Below are positions 60,287-64,000 of a stretch of 64,000 nucleotides of DNA, piece after piece. The notes under the pieces are model-generated. The model was not told the DNA's origin, ran no database searches, and saw nothing but the letters and a program-made list of their open reading frames with translations. The DNA comes from Myxococcota bacterium (GTDB lineage: Bacteria > Myxococcota_A > UBA9042 > PHBI01 > JAWLBL01): positions 92,003-156,002 of the forward strand of contig JAWLBL010000022.1 in the NCBI GenBank assembly GCA_041687695.1. Reading direction: 5' to 3'. Numbering within the stretch: the stretch's first letter is position 1; each line of letters starts with the position of its first letter. The translations under genes were made by a program, and so were the position numbers.

Positions 60287-60547
60287 GGGCACGGCTCCAC
60301 GCGATCCAAGCCCGTCGAAGCCAGCCGCGGCGAGGCGGCCGATGACGGCGCGATGGGAGGCGACCGGCGCGGGGGAAGCCTGACCCGGATCGCGCCGCGC
60401 GACCAGATCTCCGACACCTCGACGGCGCGCGGCGGCCGGCGGGCGCGATGCCCGGGCGCGGCGCGTTCCTAGGGTTGCCGTCATGAGGGATCCACGCCGG
60501 AGGGAGCGCGCGCGTCGTTCCGGTCCCAGCGCGGGGCAGGCCAGCCC

Positions 60548-61579
60548 ATGAGCCTGCCCATCACGCCGCCCTTCGCGCCCATGGAGGCGCGGACCGTCGA
60601 GGCCGTCCCGGTCGGCGCGTCCTGGCAGTACGAGCCCAAGTGGGACGGGTTCCGCTGCCTGGTCTTCCGCGACGGCGACGACGTGCAGCTACAGTCCAAG
60701 GCGGGCAAGCCGCTGGGCCGCTACTTCCCCGAGGTGCTCGACGAGGTGCGGGCGCTGAAGCCCCGGCGGTTCGTGCTGGACGCCGAGGTGGTGGTCCCGG
60801 TCGCGGGGCGGCTGTCGTTCGATCATCTGTTGATGCGGATCCACCCGGCCGCGAGCCGCGTGCAGCGGCTGGCCGCCGAGACCCCGGCGCGGCTGGTGGT
60901 GTTCGACCTGCTGGTCGACGCGGACGGGCGCTCGCTGGTCGAGCGGCCTCTGGCGGAGCGGCGGGCGGCGCTGGAGCGCTTCGCAGCGGCGCACTTCGGG
61001 GAGGGCGGCGGGCTGCGGCTGTCGCCCGCGGCGACCGAGGTCGACGTGGCGCGGCGCTGGCTCGAGGGGGGCGGCGGGGACCTCGACGGCGTGGTCGCCA
61101 AGCGGCGCGATCTGGCCTACCAGTCGGGCGAGCGCCGCGGGATGATGAAGGTCAAGCACCTGCGGACCGCGGACTGCGTGGTCGGCGGCTTCCGCTACGC
61201 GCAGGCGGGCAAGGTGGTGGGCTCGCTGCTGCTGGGCCTGTACGACGACGAGGGTCGGCTGAACCACGTGGGGTTCACGTCGGGGCTGACCGACAAGCAG
61301 AAGCGCGCGCTGACGCCGCAGCTCGAGGCGCTGGTGGCGCCGCCCGGGTTCACCGGGTCGCAGCCGGGCGGGCCGAGCCGCTGGGCGACGGAGCGCTCGA
61401 CCGAGTGGGAGCCGCTGGCGCCGGTAGTGGTCGTCGAGGTGAGGTACGACCACTTCAGCGGCGGGCGCTTCCGCCACGGCACGCGCCTTCTGCGCTTTCG
61501 CCCCGACAAGGCGCCCGAGCAGTGCACCTACGAGCAGGTGCGGCAGCCCGGGGCGCGCTGGGACTTCGCGGTCGACTGA
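60548..61579 (+). CDS. ligC: ATP-dependent DNA ligase, LigC-type
   Basis: YEPKWDGFR, RYFPE, FDLL, DGVVAK, KVKHLRTADCVVGG, SLLLGLY, RFRHG, RPDK. Confidence 0.88.
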   Translation: MSLPITPPFAPMEARTVEAVPVGASWQYEPKWDGFRCLVFRDGDDVQLQSKAGKPLGRYFPEVLDEVRALKPRRFVLDAEVVVPVAGRLSFDHLLMRIHPAASRVQRLAAETPARLVVFDLLVDADGRSLVERPLAERRAALERFAAAHFGEGGGLRLSPAATEVDVARRWLEGGGGDLDGVVAKRRDLAYQSGERRGMMKVKHLRTADCVVGGFRYAQAGKVVGSLLLGLYDDEGRLNHVGFTSGLTDKQKRALTPQLEALVAPPGFTGSQPGGPSRWATERSTEWEPLAPVVVVEVRYDHFSGGRFRHGTRLLRFRPDKAPEQCTYEQVRQPGARWDFAVD

Positions 61580-61589
61580 GCGGGGGCGC

Positions 61590-61943
61590 TCAGAAGTCCA
61601 GGCGCTCGCCGCGGTCGACGACGTCCCAGCCGTCGACGAGCAGGTCCAGGAGGCGCTGCTCTTCGGGGGCGACGGCGTCGACGCCGGCCGCGACGCGCAG
61701 CTCGTCGTAGATGAGCTGCTGGGCCTCGCGGCGGGCGACGGTGGTGAGGAAGCTGGCGACGCCGGCCTCGCCTTGCAGCTTGACCTGGTCGGCGGCCTTG
61801 AAGACCTCGGGGCCGACCCGGGAGGCGAGGGCGCTGAGGTGGATGCCCTCGTCGCGCGAGAGCTGGGCGTCGGCGAGCACCAGGGCCTTCATCAGGACCA
61901 CCAGGGCGACCTTCTCGGGGTGGGTGAGGTCCGCGACCGTCAT
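61590..61943 (-). CDS. Small TerB-like helical protein
   Basis: AAGGAG RBS. Paired ADAQLSRDE and GVDAVAPEE..LL motifs. Confidence 0.6.
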   Translation of the reverse strand: MTVADLTHPEKVALVVLMKALVLADAQLSRDEGIHLSALASRVGPEVFKAADQVKLQGEAGVASFLTTVARREAQQLIYDELRVAAGVDAVAPEEQRLLDLLVDGWDVVDRGERLDF

Positions 61944-62076
61944 GGCGGGCGCTCCTTGAGCTTGGGGGTGTGGGGCGTGCGCGCGAGCGTAGCAGGGCGG
62001 CTCGGGGAGCGCTAGGCGGCCCCGCGATGCGCGTGGTAGCCTGGGCGGACTGAACGAGAGGGCACGAGAGGGCGTG

Positions 62077-63306
62077 ATGGCGACGATGAAGGTGGCGTGC
62101 CGGACGGACGCCGGCATGAAGATGGCGCGCAACGAGGACGCCGTGGTGCAGATCGCGGACGTGCCGCTGTACGGCCTGGCCGACGGCACGGGCGGCGAGG
62201 CGGCGGGGCGGCTGGTGGTCGAGGCGCTGGGCGCCGGGGCCGATCGGCTGGCGCGCGAGGTGCGGCGGGTGGCCGACGACGTCACCTCGGTGGCGCGGCT
62301 GGGCGTGGCCCGGGTGCTCGAGGCCATCCTGGACGACGCCAGCCGCAAGCTGATGGAGGTCGGCGAGCGCGAGCGGCTGCCCACCTTCGCGGCGTCGGCC
62401 ATCGTGGCGACCACCGTCGGGCCGTTCTGCTACGTGGCGCACGTCGGCGACTGCCGCGCCTACCTGTGGCGCGACCAGGAGCTGCGCTGCCTGACCACCG
62501 ACCACACCCTGGCGATGATGCAGCTGCAGCGGGGCGTCATCACCTTCAACGAGTACCTGACCAGCCCGTTCCGCCACACGCTCAGCAAGGCGCTGGGCCT
62601 GGTCCCGCAGGTCAACGCCGACATCGCCGAGGTGCGCTGGTCGCCCGGCGACGTGCTGCTGCTGTGCACCAACGGCCTGACGCGCGTCGTGTCCGAAGAG
62701 CGCATGACCCACGCGCTGATGGGCGGGGACCTGGACGGGTCGGCGCGGGATCTGGTCGAGGCGACGCGGCAGGCGGGCGCCCCCGACAACGTCAGCGTGC
62801 TGCTGTTGCAGTTCGGCGAAGAGGCCGGCAGCGACGTGACCGAGCCGACGGTGCCGAACGTGGCCGAGGTGCTGCGGGCCGTGCCGTTCTTCCGCGAGCT
62901 GAGCGAGCCGCAGTGGCTGGCGCTGGCGCCCTACCTCGAGGAGGCGACCTTCGAGCCGGGGGCGGTGCTGTACCGCGACGGCGACGCGGCCGACACGCTG
63001 TACGTCGTCGCGTCGGGGCAGGTGCGGCTCACGCGCGACGGGGCGCCCCTGCGCGAGCTGGGCCCCGGCGGCCACTGCGGCGCGCTGGCGCTGACCACCG
63101 AGGTGCGGCGCTTCGAGACGGCCACCGCGGTCGACCGGGTCGTCACCCTGGCGCTGACCCGGGCCCGCTTTCAGGAGGCGGTGCGGACCAAGCCGTCGCT
63201 GGGCGTGCGGCTGACCCTGGCCCTGCTGGCCGAGACCGGCGGCGAGCTGGCGCAGCTGCGGTCGACCATGCTGGCGACCGAGCGCATGCTGCGCGGCCGG
63301 TCCTGA
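62077..63306 (+). CDS. PP2C-family phosphatase fused to a cyclic-nucleotide-binding domain
   Basis: RNED, ADGTGG, HVGDCRAY, TDH, LCTNGL, DNVS; then VPFFRELS, LYVVASGQV, GPGGHCG. Confidence 0.9.
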   Translation: MATMKVACRTDAGMKMARNEDAVVQIADVPLYGLADGTGGEAAGRLVVEALGAGADRLAREVRRVADDVTSVARLGVARVLEAILDDASRKLMEVGERERLPTFAASAIVATTVGPFCYVAHVGDCRAYLWRDQELRCLTTDHTLAMMQLQRGVITFNEYLTSPFRHTLSKALGLVPQVNADIAEVRWSPGDVLLLCTNGLTRVVSEERMTHALMGGDLDGSARDLVEATRQAGAPDNVSVLLLQFGEEAGSDVTEPTVPNVAEVLRAVPFFRELSEPQWLALAPYLEEATFEPGAVLYRDGDAADTLYVVASGQVRLTRDGAPLRELGPGGHCGALALTTEVRRFETATAVDRVVTLALTRARFQEAVRTKPSLGVRLTLALLAETGGELAQLRSTMLATERMLRGRS

Positions 63307-63479
63307 CCTCGTCCCGGGCGTCGCGCGCGCGGCTCGGATGACGACTCGCGCGACCGGCCGGCCGGGGAGTCCCCCGAGTCCCCAGCGCCGGGGTCACCAG
63401 CCCCCGATCTTGCGTCACGGGAGCCCATTCGGGTCCTTTCGGCGACGCAGTGGCTGGCCCATCCAGCCTCCGGCCCCAC

Positions 63480-63495
63480 TGGCACAGCCCCTGCT
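63480..63495 (+). promoter_or_regulatory. Possible sigma-54 promoter upstream of the transposase
   Basis: TGGCACAGCCCCTGCT: GG-N10-GC with a TGGCAC -24 box, about 70 bp before the ATG. Confidence 0.45.
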
Positions 63496-63563
63496 CCATG
63501 CGGCCTCCGAACCGCTCGGCTTGCGCTTCCCGGCGCACGCCGACCCCAGCTCGGAGGTCCCCC

Positions 63564-64000
63564 ATGTCGCGCGCCCGCCCCGTCGTTCCCGGCGAGGTCG
63601 TCCTCGTCACGCGCCGCGCTCACCGGCGCCGGTTCTCTTTCGTCCCCGAGAAGAAGGTCCGCCAGGTCTTCGGCTACGCCCTCGCCACGGCGGCCGCGAA
63701 GCACGGGGTCCTCATTCATTGCATCATGGTCATGTCCAACCACTACCACGGGGTGGTGACCGACGTGCGCGGCGTCCTGCCGGACTTCTTGCGCGACTTC
63801 CACAAGGAGGTCACCTGCGGCCTCAACGCCCTCCGCGGCGAGTGGGGCGGCCTGTGGGGCTCCGAACAGACCTCGGTCGTCCGCCTGCTCTCGGGCGATG
63901 ACGTCCTCGACGCGATGGTCTACGCTCTCGTCAACCCGGTCAAAGCCGGTCTGGTGGAGTCGTATCGTGATTGGCCCGGCCTCCATAGCAGCCCCGCCAG
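63564..64000 (+). mobile_element. REP-associated tyrosine transposase (RAYT / IS200-like Y1 HUH), truncated by the window end
   Basis: My translation: MSRARPVVPGEVVLVTRR...VMSNHYHGVV...LWG...MVYALVNPVKAGLV...WPG. GGAGG RBS. Absent from the ORF track because it has no stop in the window. Confidence 0.88.

Overview
A 64-kb, very GC-rich window with about 47 genes. The TPR giant, Cys-rich lipoproteins, PP2C-cNMP fusion and RAYT suggest a Myxococcota/deltaproteobacterial genome (inference). Ordinary content: FIST-histidine kinase pair, SRPBCC plus Zn-dehydrogenase, RavA/ViaA-like AAA+VWA pair, MarR-TolC-MFP-RND efflux operon, rnhB, oxyR-ahpC-ahpD, a LigC-type ligase, HAD hydrolases and several large secreted lipoproteins. 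No rRNA, tRNA or CRISPR array was seen. The best candidate for a new system is a minus-strand operon at 52477-60290. It encodes an Xis/BldC-like HTH-receiver regulator, a ThDP enzyme, a KAS III-like enzyme with an atypical triad, a soluble double-kinase hybrid sensor and a receiver-kinase. It is preceded by an AT-rich 9-bp-phased repeat lattice. I read it as a possible small-molecule (acyloin/butenolide-like) synthesis-and-sensing circuit; this is inference and untested. The second highlight is non-coding: a REP-like palindrome family, a 172-bp MITE inserted into a REP loop with a target duplication and carrying a second hairpin family, a 42-bp palindromic tandem array, and a RAYT/IS200-type transposase at the right edge that the ORF track missed. 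Several start codons were re-called by eye from overlaps, RBSs and signal peptides. All family assignments come from motif recognition, not database searches.
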